Below, piece after piece: positions 26,125 through 38,562 of a stretch of DNA of 64,000 bases (the stretch's first letter is position 1; the number at the start of each line of letters is the position of its first letter). The translations under genes were made by a program, and so were the position numbers. This stretch comes from Macrostomum lignano (lineage: Eukaryota), in the NCBI GenBank assembly GCA_002269645.1, contig NIVC01000714.1:372001-436000 (forward strand). The letters run 5' to 3'. The notes beneath the pieces are model-generated. The model saw only the letters and a list, made by a program, of their open reading frames with translations, was not told the origin of the DNA and did not search any database.

Positions 26125-26400
26125 TTTGACCCCTGTCCTGATTTGACCCCTTGACCTGATTTAACCCCTGTCCTGATTTGAACCCTTGACCTGATTTGAC
26201 CCCTGTTCTGATTTGACCCCTGACCTGACTTAACACCATCCCTGATTTGACCCCTGTCCTGATTTGACCCCTTGACCTGATTTGACCCCTTGACCTGATT
26301 TGACTCCTTGACCTGATTTGACCCCCGTCCTGATTTAACCCCTGACCTGATTTGACCCCTGTCCTGAGTTGACACCTGTCCTGATTTGTCCCCTGACTTA
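26125..26400. repeat. Degenerate (CCTGATTTGACCCC)-based repeat downstream of ALDH3
   Basis: Directly visible. Confidence 0.8.
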
Positions 26401-27132
26401 ATTTCTCGATCCTAATTTAACTTTTGATTTTTGTGTAACCCTTGACCTTACATGACCCTTAATCCAGACTTTAATGACCATTTGACCTTATTTGACATTT
26501 ACTTGTCGTCCTTCACCCCGACCTTTGTTAATCATTGATCTTTGTTGTCAGCGTAAGTTTATGTTTACATTTTCACAAATTTTCTTTTAGTTTTTTATAT
26601 TTGGCTTAAAATTTAAAAAATTATTGACTGACCGTTGACCCCAGTTGACCCCGCTGTTGTCTTAAGATTCTGTCTTTTCACTTAACGACGCTCATATTAC
26701 GCAACTTATAGTTGATCTGATTAAAGTCTGAGGATTTGTATTGCTTGATTAAATTGACCCTTTAAACACCTTTATGGTCAGTTATAGTTTTCGCAATAAT
26801 TCTTATCAAATTGCTGTCTGTTGTCAAACTCGTATCTATTTTCTAAATAGATGTTTATTCCGAATACATTAGCTAACTAGAAAATTGTTATTGTAGTGTT
26901 GTTCTCGTAATCGCGATATAATTAATCTTATAATTGGTTAAACAAAGCGTTATTTTTATTGTTGTCGATCGCTACTATTGATTGATTGATAGCTTTGTGA
27001 GCACTGTCTGTAGTGTGTCCGTTCTCAATATAGAAATCCCTGTGTTATGATTATTAATTATTTTAATAACTTCACATTTTCTGCCTTTTCTGCACTTAGG
27101 CTTAGTTATTTTACTGTTTAGGGGCAAATGTC

Positions 27133-27795
27133 TACTGCAGACTGGATTGGGTAGAGTATATGACTGTCTAGTGCAGACTGGATTGGGTAGAGTATATGAC
27201 TGTCTAGTGCAGACTGGATTGGGTAGAGTATATGACTGTCTAGTGCAGACTGGATTGGGTAGAGTATATGACTGTCTAGTGCAGACTGGATTGGGTAGAG
27301 TATATGACTGTCTAGTGCAGACTGGATTGGGTAGAGTATATGACTGTCTAGTGCAGACTGGATTGGGTAGAGTATATGACTGTCTAGTGCAGACTGGATT
27401 GGGTAGAGTATATGACTGTCTAGTGCAGACTGGATTGGGTAGAGTATAGGACTGTCTAGTGCAGACTGGATTGGGTAGAGTATAGGACAGTCTACTACAG
27501 GCTGCATTGGGTAGAGTATCGGACTGTCTACTACAGGCTGCATTGAGTAGAGTTTAGGACTGTCTACTACAGACTGCATTGGGTAGAGTAGAGGACTGTC
27601 TACTACAGACTGCATTGGGTAGAGTATAGGACTGTCTACTACAGACTGCATTGGGTAGAGTAGAGGACAGTCTACTACAGGCTGCATTGGGTAGAGTAGA
27701 GGACAGTCTACTACAGGCTGCATTGGGTAGAGTAGAGGACTGTCTACTACAGACTGCATTGGGTAGAGTATAGGACTGTCTACTACAGACTGCAT
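27133..27795. repeat. 36-bp minisatellite with two variant sub-blocks
   Basis: GACTGTCTAGTGCAGACTGGATTGGGTAGAGTATAT units, then GACTGTCTACTACAGACTGCATTGGGTAGAG variants. Confidence 0.95.
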
Positions 27796-29286
27796 CTAGT
27801 TGAATTTAAAACGGTCAAGTGCTGATTGGACTGGGGCTGTCCACTACTATAGACACTGTACAAACGTATTGGAAAAAGTTTTAATTCTTCTACTACTGTC
27901 GGTGCAGATGAAGGTGGCAGAGCTAAAGCTTAATCAGATACATGTATTAAAATGAGATTTTCGCTGGATTTCCAACGTTACATAATTAAACTTTCATGCG
28001 AATCACGTTAAGCCTCTGTATTATTAAATCACAGTCCGGCTATTTTTATGTTTACGGCTTTTTATTATCCAGTAAGGAAACATTTTCACTTGATTTGTTA
28101 GAGATGCACATGCACAATGTCTACATACGCGTATGCAAGTGATGTGTATTCTGTGTTCTCACAAGATGAGATGGCAGTCTAACGTGTGTAATTAATACAT
28201 CTGTAATTTTGGAACTTTAATGTGCAATTACATATCTATTTCTAGCTATTTTGCTGGGGAGATAATTACCAGGAAGTTTTATTATTCTATCTGTGATGTT
28301 TATAAATTTCTATATGATGATGACCGGAAATTACTGTACAGCAATTGTGATCGATTGACGGATTCGCTAAGTCATTTCTGTTGACACAGCACATGCAGTA
28401 AAGCTCTTTCGAATCCTACGTAAATATTGGGTCGCATTTATAATATAAGGTGCAATTTATTTCAGCTAAGCAATTAAGCCTAGTAGTTGACTGAAAAGCG
28501 GAAACATTTTCTCGCCTATGTGGAGTGAGTGCTGCATTATTTAAATGGCTATTCGCATAATTATAGCCCTTTTAACGACTGCATGAACTGAGTTCAAAGG
28601 AACAATTACGATCCTACATATACACTGTAAATGATGTATGCATACGTGTAGTACGATTGTCATATCGTTTTTAATTTGAAAAATTCTCTCTCCGTGAAAG
28701 TCAACTGCCTTTCTATCGTAAAATTTGTTTTCATACGTACCTTGATAAAAAACGAATGGCTTGAAAAATGTATGCGCATCATTGTACAATGTAAAATATA
28801 TAATAAAACAAAGTGCTAGCTGGTCATGAGCATGTAATAACACAGTCTATCCCCATTTTAGCAATGAGCTGTTCAGCTAAACATACAACGGCTTAACCAA
28901 AAAATGTCGCATTAGTTTTTACGCTATTTTTTGCTGAATATCTCACTTCTAAATAGATTATCGATAAATTTTATTAACACCGTATTTCCTAATTCTGTGT
29001 TTGTCTGCTACTTAAAATACCCGCTGGCAAATATCTCTTATTAACGTTTACGGCAAATTCAAATTAAAGTTTCTAATATTTTATAATTTTAGTATTCCTG
29101 AGCTAAAATAAAAAAGCTTCTTTGTTTTACCTCACTAAGTCGTTTTAAGTACATTACCAACCAGTTTTTTAAAATGGGGTATTTAATTGGATTTCAAACG
29201 ATGAATAGTTTTTTTAAGATAAAACGACAATGTAAACTTGACTTTGTACATTTATACAAGTTTAGTAATTGAATTGAAGAACACAA

Positions 29287-29319
29287 ATGAGCTCTAGTGC
29301 TGTTGAAACCTCTATAAAT
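29287..29319 (+). CDS. Uncharacterised Cys-rich membrane protein, putative first coding exon (MSSSAVETSIN)
   Basis: ATG followed by a consensus |gtaagt donor in phase 0, matching the acceptor at 29811/29812. Too short to verify by homology. Confidence 0.5.
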
Positions 29320-29811
29320 GTAAGTTTTGGTTTCTATAAATATCTATGCTGTAGCATTTTTAGTCAAAAGATTGAAAGACAACATGAAAAAGGACTAATT
29401 GAGAGAAACCTAAATAAATACTAAAATTTCTAATTAACCCTTGGCCTTCGATTTTTGAGCAAAAATTTGGATTTGCTCCTAGACATGTCTATAAAACTCG
29501 TGAGGTTTTCATGCATATACTGAGTCAAGACCAAGTGCTTATGGCCCTATAGTTTTTACTTGAAACTTTAGATATATGTAATATATATAGCTCGTATATC
29601 GAAAGAAGTTAGCTCGTATATATATAAATAAATTAATATCTGTATATATATTATATATTAATATATAATATAATATAATATAATATATAAAACAGATAAA
29701 TAAAAATCTGTTTTCATAATTGATGAAGAAATTATGAAAACAGATATATATTAACTATAAGAAGTAATAATTCCGATTTAACCTCTTATTCCCACGCCTC
29801 CTTAAAAACAG

Positions 29812-30171
29812 CGGGACTTGTTCAACCCGACTGAAGCGCAGGTGACCCGCTCAAATCTGGTCTACGCGATCAACGTTTTCGACGTCCTGCCCCTGCCCGC
29901 CCTACTCATAATAGTATTCATAGTTTACGCCGCCGTGCTAATCCTGTTCCGCTACGTGGCCTACCGGGTGGTGAGCGGCGCTGGGCAGCCGTCGACGGAG
30001 CCGCGCGGCGCCGGCATCTGCAACTCCTTCTGCCTGTGCTGCGTCAACTGCAGCAACAGCTGCGGCGCCTGCGACAACCGCGGCACCCTGGGAGGCTGCG
30101 CCAACGGCGTCTGCCCCCACAGACGCAGCGGGGTGCTGTTCTCCGATGTGCTGCTGTGCCACCAGTGCGAG
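29812..30171 (+). CDS. Uncharacterised Cys-rich single-pass membrane protein, main exon
   Basis: GC-rich island in AT-rich DNA; aaacag| acceptor, |gtgagc donor. One TM segment (LPALLIIVFIVYAAVLILF) then 11 Cys. Confidence 0.75.
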
Positions 30172-30239
30172 GTGAGCAGGGGGGTTCGAACTTCGGCTGA
30201 CTTGATGGTGCTGCTGGGAATAGCCAGCTGTTAGAGCCA

Positions 30240-31385
30240 GTTGTCTGACTCTATCAGCTGTTAGATATTCTGTGCCTGACTATCAGCTGTTAGATATTCT
30301 GTGCCTGACTATCAGATGTAAGATATTCTGTGCCTGACTCTATCGATGTTAGATATTCTGTGCCTGACTCTATCGGATGTTAGATATTCTGTGCCTGACT
30401 CTATCGGATGTTAGATATTCTGTGCCTGACTCTGTCAGCTGTTAGATATTCTATGCCTGACTCTGTCAGCTGTTAGATATTCTGTGCCTGACTCTGTCAG
30501 CTGTTAGATATTCTGTGCCTGACTCTGTCAGCTGTTAGATATTCTATGCCTGACTCTGTCAGCTGTTAGATATTCTGTGCCTGACTCTGTCAGCTGTTAG
30601 ATATTCTGTGCCTGACTCTGTCAGCTGTTAGATATTCTGTGCCTGACTCTGTCAGCTGTTAGATATTCTGTGCCTGACTCTGTCAGCTGTTAGATATTCT
30701 GTGCCTGACTCTGTCAGCTGTTAGATATTCTGTGCCTGACTCTGTCAGCTGTTAGATATTCTGTGCCTGACTCTAGCAGATGTTAGATATTCTGTGCCCG
30801 ACTCTATTAGATGTTAGATATTCTATGCCTGACTCTGTCAGCTGTTAGATATTCTATGCCTGACTCTGTCAGCTGTTAGATATTCTGTGCCTGACTCTAT
30901 CAGATGTTAGATATTCTGTGCCTGACTCTGTCAGCTGTTAGATATTCTGTGCCTGACTCTATCGGATGTTAGATATTCTGTGCCTGACTCTGTCAGCTGT
31001 AAGATATTCTATGCTTGACTCTGTCAGCTGTTAGATATTCTGTGCCTGACTCTGTCAGCTGTTAGATATTCTGTGCCTGACTCTGTCAGCTGTTAGATAT
31101 TCTGTGCCTGACTCTGTCAGCTGTAAGATATTCTATGCCTGACTCTGTCAGCTGTTAGATATTCTGTGCATGACTCTGTCAGCTGTTAGATATTCTGTGC
31201 CTGACTCTGTCAGCTGTTAGATATTCTGTGCCTGACTCTGTCAGCTGTTAGATATTCTGTGCCTGACTCTAGCAGATGTTAGATATTCTGTGCCCGACTC
31301 TATTAGATGTTAGATATTCTGTGCCTGACTCAATCAGATGTTAGATATTATGTGTCTGACTCAATCAGATGTTAGATATTCTGTA
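30240..31385. repeat. 31-bp minisatellite (GTTAGATATTCTGTGCCTGACTCTGTCAGCT), intronic
   Basis: Directly visible. Confidence 0.96.
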
Positions 31386-31501
31386 AGGTGCTAGTTTACC
31401 ACCTTTTAAATATTGGTAAGTCAGCTGTCATAGTTTTCAATGGTTAGATACATATACCGGAAATCAAGCGTTTCCCTCCCACATCCTCGATAATCCCACA
31501 G

Positions 31502-31618
31502 CGTAAAACGGTGAATTGTTGTCAAGCCGACTGCGACGACTGCTTCTGCTTCTGCTTTGAATGCCGCTTCCGGAAAAATGGCGGCACTGCGCTGCTTGGC
31601 TCCGCTGCTGAAGAATAA
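31502..31618 (+). CDS. Uncharacterised Cys-rich membrane protein, terminal exon (RKTVNCCQADCDDCFCFCFECRFRKNGGTALLGSAAEE*)
   Basis: cccacag| acceptor in phase 0; continues the Cys-rich pattern (7 Cys); TAA at 31616-31618. Not present in the ORF track. Confidence 0.7.
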   Translation, partial: RKTVNCCQADCDDCFCFCFECRFRKNGGTALLGSAAEE

Positions 31619-31973
31619 CCGGAAGTGGACTGTAATGACTAGAAATGGGGTCATAGCAACCGGGAGTGGACTTTAATGACTAGAAATGAACTCATAGCAA
31701 CCGGAAGTGGACTGTAATGACTAGAAATTGGCTCATGGCAACCGGAAGTGGGCTGTAATGACTAGAAATGGGCTCATGGCAACCGGAAGTGGGCTGTAAT
31801 GACTAGAAATGGGCTCATGGCAACCGGAAGTGGGCTGTAATGACTAGAAATGGGCTCATGGCAACTAGAAGTGGGCTGTAATGACTAGAAATGGGCTCAT
31901 GGCAACCGGAAGTGGGCTGTAATGACTAGAAATGGGCTCATGGCAACTAGAAGTGGGCTGTAATGACTAGAAA
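31617..31973. repeat. 41-bp minisatellite containing CCGGAAGTG, starting at the stop codon of the Cys-rich gene
   Basis: About 9 units, period 41. Confidence 0.92.
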
Positions 31974-32552
31974 TATACTCATTCATTAGCAACCAGAGTG
32001 GACTATGTTGAAATTACAATAAATTTGACGAATTTATCGAAGATTATGGATCAAAAAAAGATTTATTTAGCTGCGACAAGAAATAGACTGAACTAAATAC
32101 TTTTATACTCATAGCAATTGTTGTTTTCATTAATTTGAAAATGTTCCTGTAACTTGTTGATGCTTATTTTAAACATCGATTAGCTGTTTAATCTTATCTG
32201 TTTATGCTCATAAAAAGACCAGACAACTGATCATCTCCAAGCAGCCTGAAGCCACTTCCATCTACAAATCCTTTTTAAAACATTCCTTTTTTGCATCCGA
32301 ATTTAAACGGTAACTTTTATCGTCTTTTATGACTACTGAAAGTAGAGCGTGCTCCTCCTGATAACGTTTTTATTTATTGAATGCTTCCTGGAAAGAAGTT
32401 AAATAAACAAAGTTGCAGCGCGTTGGCCCAATATTTTAATTTTTACTGCTGCCGTATTGCCGCAATTTTGTATTTTTTTCAAGGCAAAATATTGTGTGAC
32501 TTCTATGCGGCATATGTGCCTCATGAAGAGACACTAAAAAGCCTTTTTTAGA

Positions 32553-35412
32553 CAGGTGTGTCACCTGTTAGATATGGGGTGTCACCTGTTAGATATGGGT
32601 GTCACCTGTTAGATATGAGTGTCACCTGTTAGATATGGGTGTCACCTGTTAGATATGGGTGTCACCTGTTAGATATGAGTGTCACCTGTTAGATATGGGT
32701 GTCACCTGTTAGATATGGGTGTCACCTGTTAGATATGGGTGTCACCTGTTAGATATGGGTGTCACCTATTTGATATAGGTCTCAACTGTTAGATATGGGT
32801 GCCACCTGTTAGATATGGGTGTCACCTGTTAGATATGGTTGTCACCTGTTAGATATGGGTGTCATCTGTTAGATATGGGTGTCACCTGTTAGATATGGGT
32901 GTCACCTGTTAGATATGGGTGTCACCTGTTAGATATGGGTGTCACCTGTTAGATATGGGTGTCACCTATTTGATATAGGTCTCAACTGTTAGATATGGGT
33001 GCCACCTGTTGGATATGGGTGTCACCTGTTAGATATGGTTGTCACCTGTTAGATATGGGTGTCATCTGTTAGATATGCGTGCCGCCTGTTAGATATGGGT
33101 GTCACCTGTTAGATATGGGTGTCACCTGTTAGATATGAGTGTCACCTGTTAGATATGGGTGTCACCTGTTAGATATGGGTGTCACCTGTTTCATATAGGT
33201 CTCAACTGTTAGATATGGGTGTCACCTGTTAGATATGGGTGCCACCTGTTAGATATGGTTGTCACCTGTTAGATATGGGTGTCATCTGTTAGATATGCGT
33301 GCCGCCTGTTAGATATGGGTGTCACCTGTTAGATATGGGTGTCACCTATTTGATATAGGTCTCAACTGTTAGATATGGGTGCCACCTGTTAGATATGGGT
33401 GTCACCTGTTAGATATGGTTGTCACCTGTTAGATATGGGTGTCATCTGTTAGATATGGGTGTCACCTGTTAGATATGGGTGTCACCTGTTAGATATGGGT
33501 GTCACCTGTTAGATATGGGTGTCACCTGTTAGATATGAGTGTCACCTGTTAGATATGGGTGTCACCTGTTAGATATGGGTGTCACCTGTTAGATATGGGT
33601 GTCACCTGTTAGATATGGGTGTCACCTATTTGATATAGGTCTCAACTGTTAGATATGGGTGCCACCTGTTAGATATGGGTGTCACCTGTTAGATATGGTT
33701 GTCACCTGTTAGATATGGTTGTCACCTGTTAGATATGGGTGTCACCTGTTAGATATGGGTGTCACCTGTTAGATATGGGTGTCACCTGTTAGATATGGGT
33801 ATCACCTGTTAGATATGGGTGTCACCTGTTTGATATAGGTCTCAACTGTTAGATATGGGTGCCACCTGTTAGATATGGGTGTCACCTGTTAGATATGGGT
33901 GTCACCTGTTAGATATGGGTGTCATCTGTTAGATATGCGTGCCGCCTGTTAGATATGGGTGTCACCTGTTAGATATGGGTGTCACCTGTTAGATATGGGT
34001 GTCACCTGTTAGATATGGGTGTCACCTGTTAGATATGGGTGTCACCTGTTTGATATAGGTCTCAACTGTTAGATATGGGTGTCACCTGTTAGATATGGGT
34101 GCCACCTGTTAGATATGGTTGTCACCTGTTAGATATGGGTGTCATCTGTTAGATATGCGTGCCGCCTGTTAGATATGGGTGTCACCTGTTAGATATGGGT
34201 GTCACCTGTAAGATACGAGTGTCACCTGTTAGATATGGGTGCCGCCTGTTAGATATGGGTGTCACCTGTTAGATATGCGTGCCGCCTGTTAGATATGGGT
34301 GTCACCTGTTAGATATGGGTGTCACCTGTTAGATATGGGTGTCACCTGTTATATATGGGTGTCACCTGTTAGATATGGGTGTCACCTGTTAGATATGGGT
34401 GTCACCTGTTAGATATGGGTGTCACCTGTTTGATATAGGTCTCAACTGTTAGATATGGGTGCCACCTGTTAGATATGGGTGCCACCTGTTAGATATGGTT
34501 GTCACCTGTTAGATATGGGTGTCATCTGTTAGATATGCGTGCCGCCTGTTAGATATGGGTGTCACCTGTTAGATATGGGTGTCACCTGTTAGATATGGGT
34601 GTCACCTGTTAGATATGGGTGTCACCTGTTAGATATGGGTGCCATCTGTTAGATATGGTTGTCACCTGTTAGATATGGGTGTCACCTGTTAGATATGGGT
34701 GTCACCTGTTAGATATGAGTGTCACCTGTTAGATATGGGTGCCGCCTGTTAGATATGGGTGTCACCTGTTAGATATGGGTGTCACCTGTTAGATATGGGT
34801 GTCACTAGACATGGGTGTCACCTGTTAGATATGGGTGTCACCTGTTAGATATGGGGTGTCACTAGATATGGGTGTCACCTGTTAGATATGGGTGTGACCT
34901 GTTAGATATGGGTGTCACCTGTTAGATATGGGTGTCACCTGTTAGATATAGGTCTCAACTGTTAGATATGGGTGTCACCTGTTAGATATGGGTGTCACCT
35001 GTTAGATATGGGTGTCACCTGTTAGATATGGGTGTCACCTGTTAGATATGGGTGTCACCTGTTTGATATAGGTCTCAACTGTTAGATATGGGTGTCACCT
35101 GTTTGATATGGGTGTCACCTGTTAGATATAGGTGTCACCTGTTATATATGGGTGTCACCTGTTAGACAGAAGTGTCACCTGTTAGACAGAAGTGTCACCT
35201 GTTAGACAGGAGTGTCACCTGTTAGACAGGAGTGTCACCTGTCACCTGTTATAGACAGAAGTGTCACCTGTTAGACAGGAGTGTCACCTGTTAGACAGGA
35301 GTGTCACCTGTTAGACAGAAGTGTCACCTGTTAGACAGAAGTGTCACCTGTTAGACAGAAGTGTCACCTGTTAGATATGGGTGTCACCTGTTAGATAGGA
35401 GTGTCACCTGTT
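32553..35412. repeat. 20-bp minisatellite (GTCACCTGTTAGATATGGGT), about 140 copies; the family recurs at 57513 and 62195
   Basis: Directly visible. Confidence 0.98.
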
Positions 35413-35853
35413 TACTGTTAGACAGCCTAAAAGTATGTTGACTAAATACATGTACATAAAAACTGAACCAAATACAGCCTAGAGTTGGTATATTAAGTTT
35501 TCAGGCACGTCAATTTGAAATAATTTAAACATTTCGGATGCTGAAGCACGGATTAACGCGGATTATTTTTATCTTATTAAATAATAGTTGTTTGAACTGA
35601 ATTCTGCTTTGCTGATGAATATCGTTTTCATTGCTTGAAGTTCCATCTCTTAAAGCAATAAACAGTTTGCATAGGAAAAGCTAGCAAATCTTGGAAAAGC
35701 ACTAATCTTCTGATTCTACAAGTCTTTGGCTTTTCATTTCCGGTCCCAATATTGCTAAGCGCATCAATTGCGCTTACTGGCGTGTACGAGCTTACAGCAG
35801 GCTGTACATGTACAGGCCAGTGCACCAGGCTGTTCAGTGAAGCTCTCGTTAAC

Positions 35854-36228
35854 CATGGAGCTCTAGATGCTGCTGAATCTGGAATAGAAACCCTCTTTAG
35901 ACATGGAGCTCTAGATGCTGCTGAATCTGGAATAGAAACCCTCTTTAGACATGGAGCTCTAGATGCTGCTGAATCTGGAATAGAAACCCTCTTTAGACAT
36001 GGAGCTCTAGATGCTGCTGAATCTGGAATAGAAACCCTCTTTAGACATGGAGCTCTAGATGCTGCTGAATCTGGAATAGAAACCCTCTTTAGACATGGAG
36101 CTCTAGATGCTGCTGAATCTGGAATAGAAACCCTCTTTAGACATGGAGCTCTAGATACTGCTGAATCTGGAATAGAAACCCTCTTTAGACAAGGAGCTCT
36201 AGATGCTCACTCTGGACTGGAATAGAAA
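35854..36228. repeat. 48-bp tandem repeat, about 7.8 near-identical copies
   Basis: CATGGAGCTCTAGATGCTGCTGAATCTGGAATAGAAACCCTCTTTAGA. Confidence 0.95.
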
Positions 36229-36539
36229 CCATCGCTTCGTTGAGTATGGAGTTCAATTGTCGTTAATTGTTGAATCTGGAAAGGAAATTGTATACACTGC
36301 ACCAGCCTTCTCCTGGTAGCTTCAGTATTTCAATAAACTTTCACGGTAGCCTACGGGTATATTGAAGGAGGATTGAGAGAGAGGTTTACGAGGCTCGTAC
36401 AAGGCTTGTGCAAATCCAGATAAACACGTTTATCAGTTTTATCAGATCCAAATAGTTTTATAAACTTGGCGCCATCAACCTGCCCTCTGTCTCTCTGGTG
36501 AATTGCTGAAGTTCCAATATTACTCAGCTCGCAACGGTC

Positions 36540-36577
36540 ATGAGTTTTCTGCAAAGATGCATCTGGCCTCAGGGAAG
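36540..36577 (+). CDS. GAB/DOS-like PH-domain docking protein, putative exon 1
   Basis: ATG..GGA AG|gtaata; phase 2 matches the next exon's acceptor across a 97-bp intron. Confidence 0.5.
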
Positions 36578-36674
36578 GTAATAACTTTAAAAAATCCTCA
36601 CTCGTTTGACCATTTTGGCTTTTGCGGTAGAATTTCTAATTATAGAAAGAATGGCACTTTCGCCGCTCTTTCAG

Positions 36675-36798
36675 CGACGAGAATTTGCACCTGGCTGGCG
36701 GACAGGGCGCCAAGATCTGCTTCAACAGCTGGCTGCTGATGTCGCCCATTGAGTTTCTCCCGGGTCGAGAACACGGGACTGTAATTTTTTCAAGGCGG
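36675..36798 (+). CDS. GAB/DOS-like docking protein exon 2 (PH domain start)
   Basis: ctctttcag| acceptor, |gtgagt donor. ICFNSWLLMSP resembles GAB VVCSGWLRKSP. Confidence 0.7.
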
Positions 36799-36827
36799 GT
36801 GAGTAAAGTCGCTGGACAGCTTTTGAA

Positions 36828-38075
36828 ACTGTCCTCTGAAAGATCCCACAGAAGTAGTTGTGTCCTCTGAAAGACCCCACAGAAGTAGTTGTGTCCTCTG
36901 AAAGATCCCACAGAAGTAGTTGTGTCCTCTGAAAGATCCCACAGAAGTAGTTGTGTCCTCTGAAAGACCCCACAGAAGTAGTTGTGTCCTCTGAAAGACC
37001 CCACAGAAGTAGTTGTGTCCTCTGAAAGATCCCACAGAAGTAGTTGTGTCCTCTGAAAGACCCCACAGAAGTAGTTGTGTCCTCTGAAAGACCCCACAGA
37101 AGTAGTTGTGTCCTCTGAAAGACCCCACAGAAGTATTTGTGTCCTCTGAAAGACCCCACAGAAGTAGTTGTGTCCTCTGAAAGACCCCACAGAAGTATTT
37201 GTGTCCTCTGAAAGACCCCACAGAAGTAGTTGTGTCCTCTGAAAGACCCCACAGAAGTAGTTGTGTCCTCTGAAAGATCCCACAGAAGTATTTGTGTCCT
37301 CTGAAAGATCCCACAGAAGTAGTTGTGTCCTCTGAAAGACCCCACAGAAGTAGTTGTGTCCTCTGAAAGATCCCACAGAAGTAGTTGTGTCCTCTGAAAG
37401 ACCCCACAGAAGTAGTTGTGTCCTCTGAAAGACCCCACAGAAGTAGTTGTGTCCTCTGAAAGACCCCACAGAAGTATTGTGTCCTCTGAAAGACCCCACA
37501 GAAGTAGTTGTGTCCTCTGAAAGACCCCACAGAAGTAGTTGTGTCCTCTGAAAGACCCCACAGAAGTAGTTGTGTCCTCTGAAAGACCCCACAGAAGTAG
37601 TTGTGTCCTCTGAAAGACCCACAGAAGTAGTTGTGTCCTCTGAAAGACCCACAGAAGTAGTTGTGTCCTCTGAAAGACCCCACAGAAGTAGTTGTGTCCT
37701 CTGAAAGATCCCACAGAAGTAGTTGTGTCCTCTGAAAGACCCCACAGAAGTAGTTGTGTCCTCTGAAAGACCCCACAGAAGTAGTTGTGTCCTCTGAAAG
37801 ACCCCACAGAAGTAGTTGTGTCCTCTGAAAGACCCCACAGAAGTATTTGTGTCCTCTGAAAGACCCCACAGAAGTAGTTGTGTCCTCTGAAAGACCCCAC
37901 AGAAGTAGTTGTGTCCTCTGAAAGATCCCACAGAAGTAGTTGTGTCCTCTGAAAGATCCCACAGAAGTAGTTGTGTCCTCTGAAAGACCCCACAAAGTAG
38001 TTGTGTCCTCTGAAAGACCCCACAAAGTAGTTGCGTCCACCGAAAGACCTTGCGGAAGTAGTTGCGTCCAAAGAA
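36828..38075. repeat. 31-bp minisatellite (GTGTCCTCTGAAAGACCCCACAGAAGTAGTT); intron of the GAB-like gene
   Basis: Directly visible. Confidence 0.96.
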
Positions 38076-38133
38076 GTACTCATTATATTTTCACGCATCA
38101 TTTAATCGTTGCATCTGATTCTCCGTCGCACAG

Positions 38134-38484
38134 CACTGGAAGCGACAGTTCTTCGAGCTGTCGCTGGTCCGCGGCCAGACCACCCAGGACACCGACCGGT
38201 TCCATCTGACCTGCTATTCAAAAAGCGATCGCAAGCGACCGAAAGGCTGCATCGATTTGAACACTGTGACGGACCTGCGCAAGATGTCCGTGCCACCGGA
38301 TGAACTGCTGGCAACGCTGAGCAGGAAGCATCTCTGCGATGATTGCCAGCCGATGGATGCCGACCCCAGTCGTCAAGTTGTCACCTACGACCGGCTGCCG
38401 TTCTTCAGCTTCGAGGCAATGTTCGGCGAGCACCGCGGTCGAGTCTACCTGCTGGCTCAAGACCCCAGGCAGATGCAGCATTGG
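38134..38484 (+). CDS. GAB/DOS-like docking protein exon 3 (PH domain core)
   Basis: cgcacag| acceptor. HWKRQFFELS, LTCYSKSDRKRPKGCIDLN and RVYLLAQDPRQMQHW match the GAB-type PH pattern (WKRRWFVL / LEYY..KPIRIIDLN / FYLVA..EEMNKW); |gtgagg donor. Confidence 0.8.
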
Positions 38485-38562
38485 GTGAGGCTGCTCTGTT
38501 CTGTTTTTTGTGCATTTGTTCTTGCGATTTATCGAGACGATGTTCAAACTAAACAGCACCTT

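Noticed and set aside
31565-31590. ETS + YY1-like motif (CTTCCGGAAAAATGGCGGC) suggesting a promoter or new ATG
   Set aside because: It falls inside the terminal coding exon of the Cys-rich gene; the ATG frame ends shortly inside the downstream repeat.
36351-36554. 67-aa minus-strand ORF with faint similarity to p25-alpha/TPPP (VDGAKFIKLF)
   Set aside because: Only a few residues match, there is no ATG or splice support for that segment, and it overlaps the 5' region of the + strand gene.
36636-38101. Three 416-459-aa minus-strand repeat ORFs
   Set aside because: 31-bp minisatellite in an intron of the + strand GAB-like gene; the unit length is not a codon multiple.
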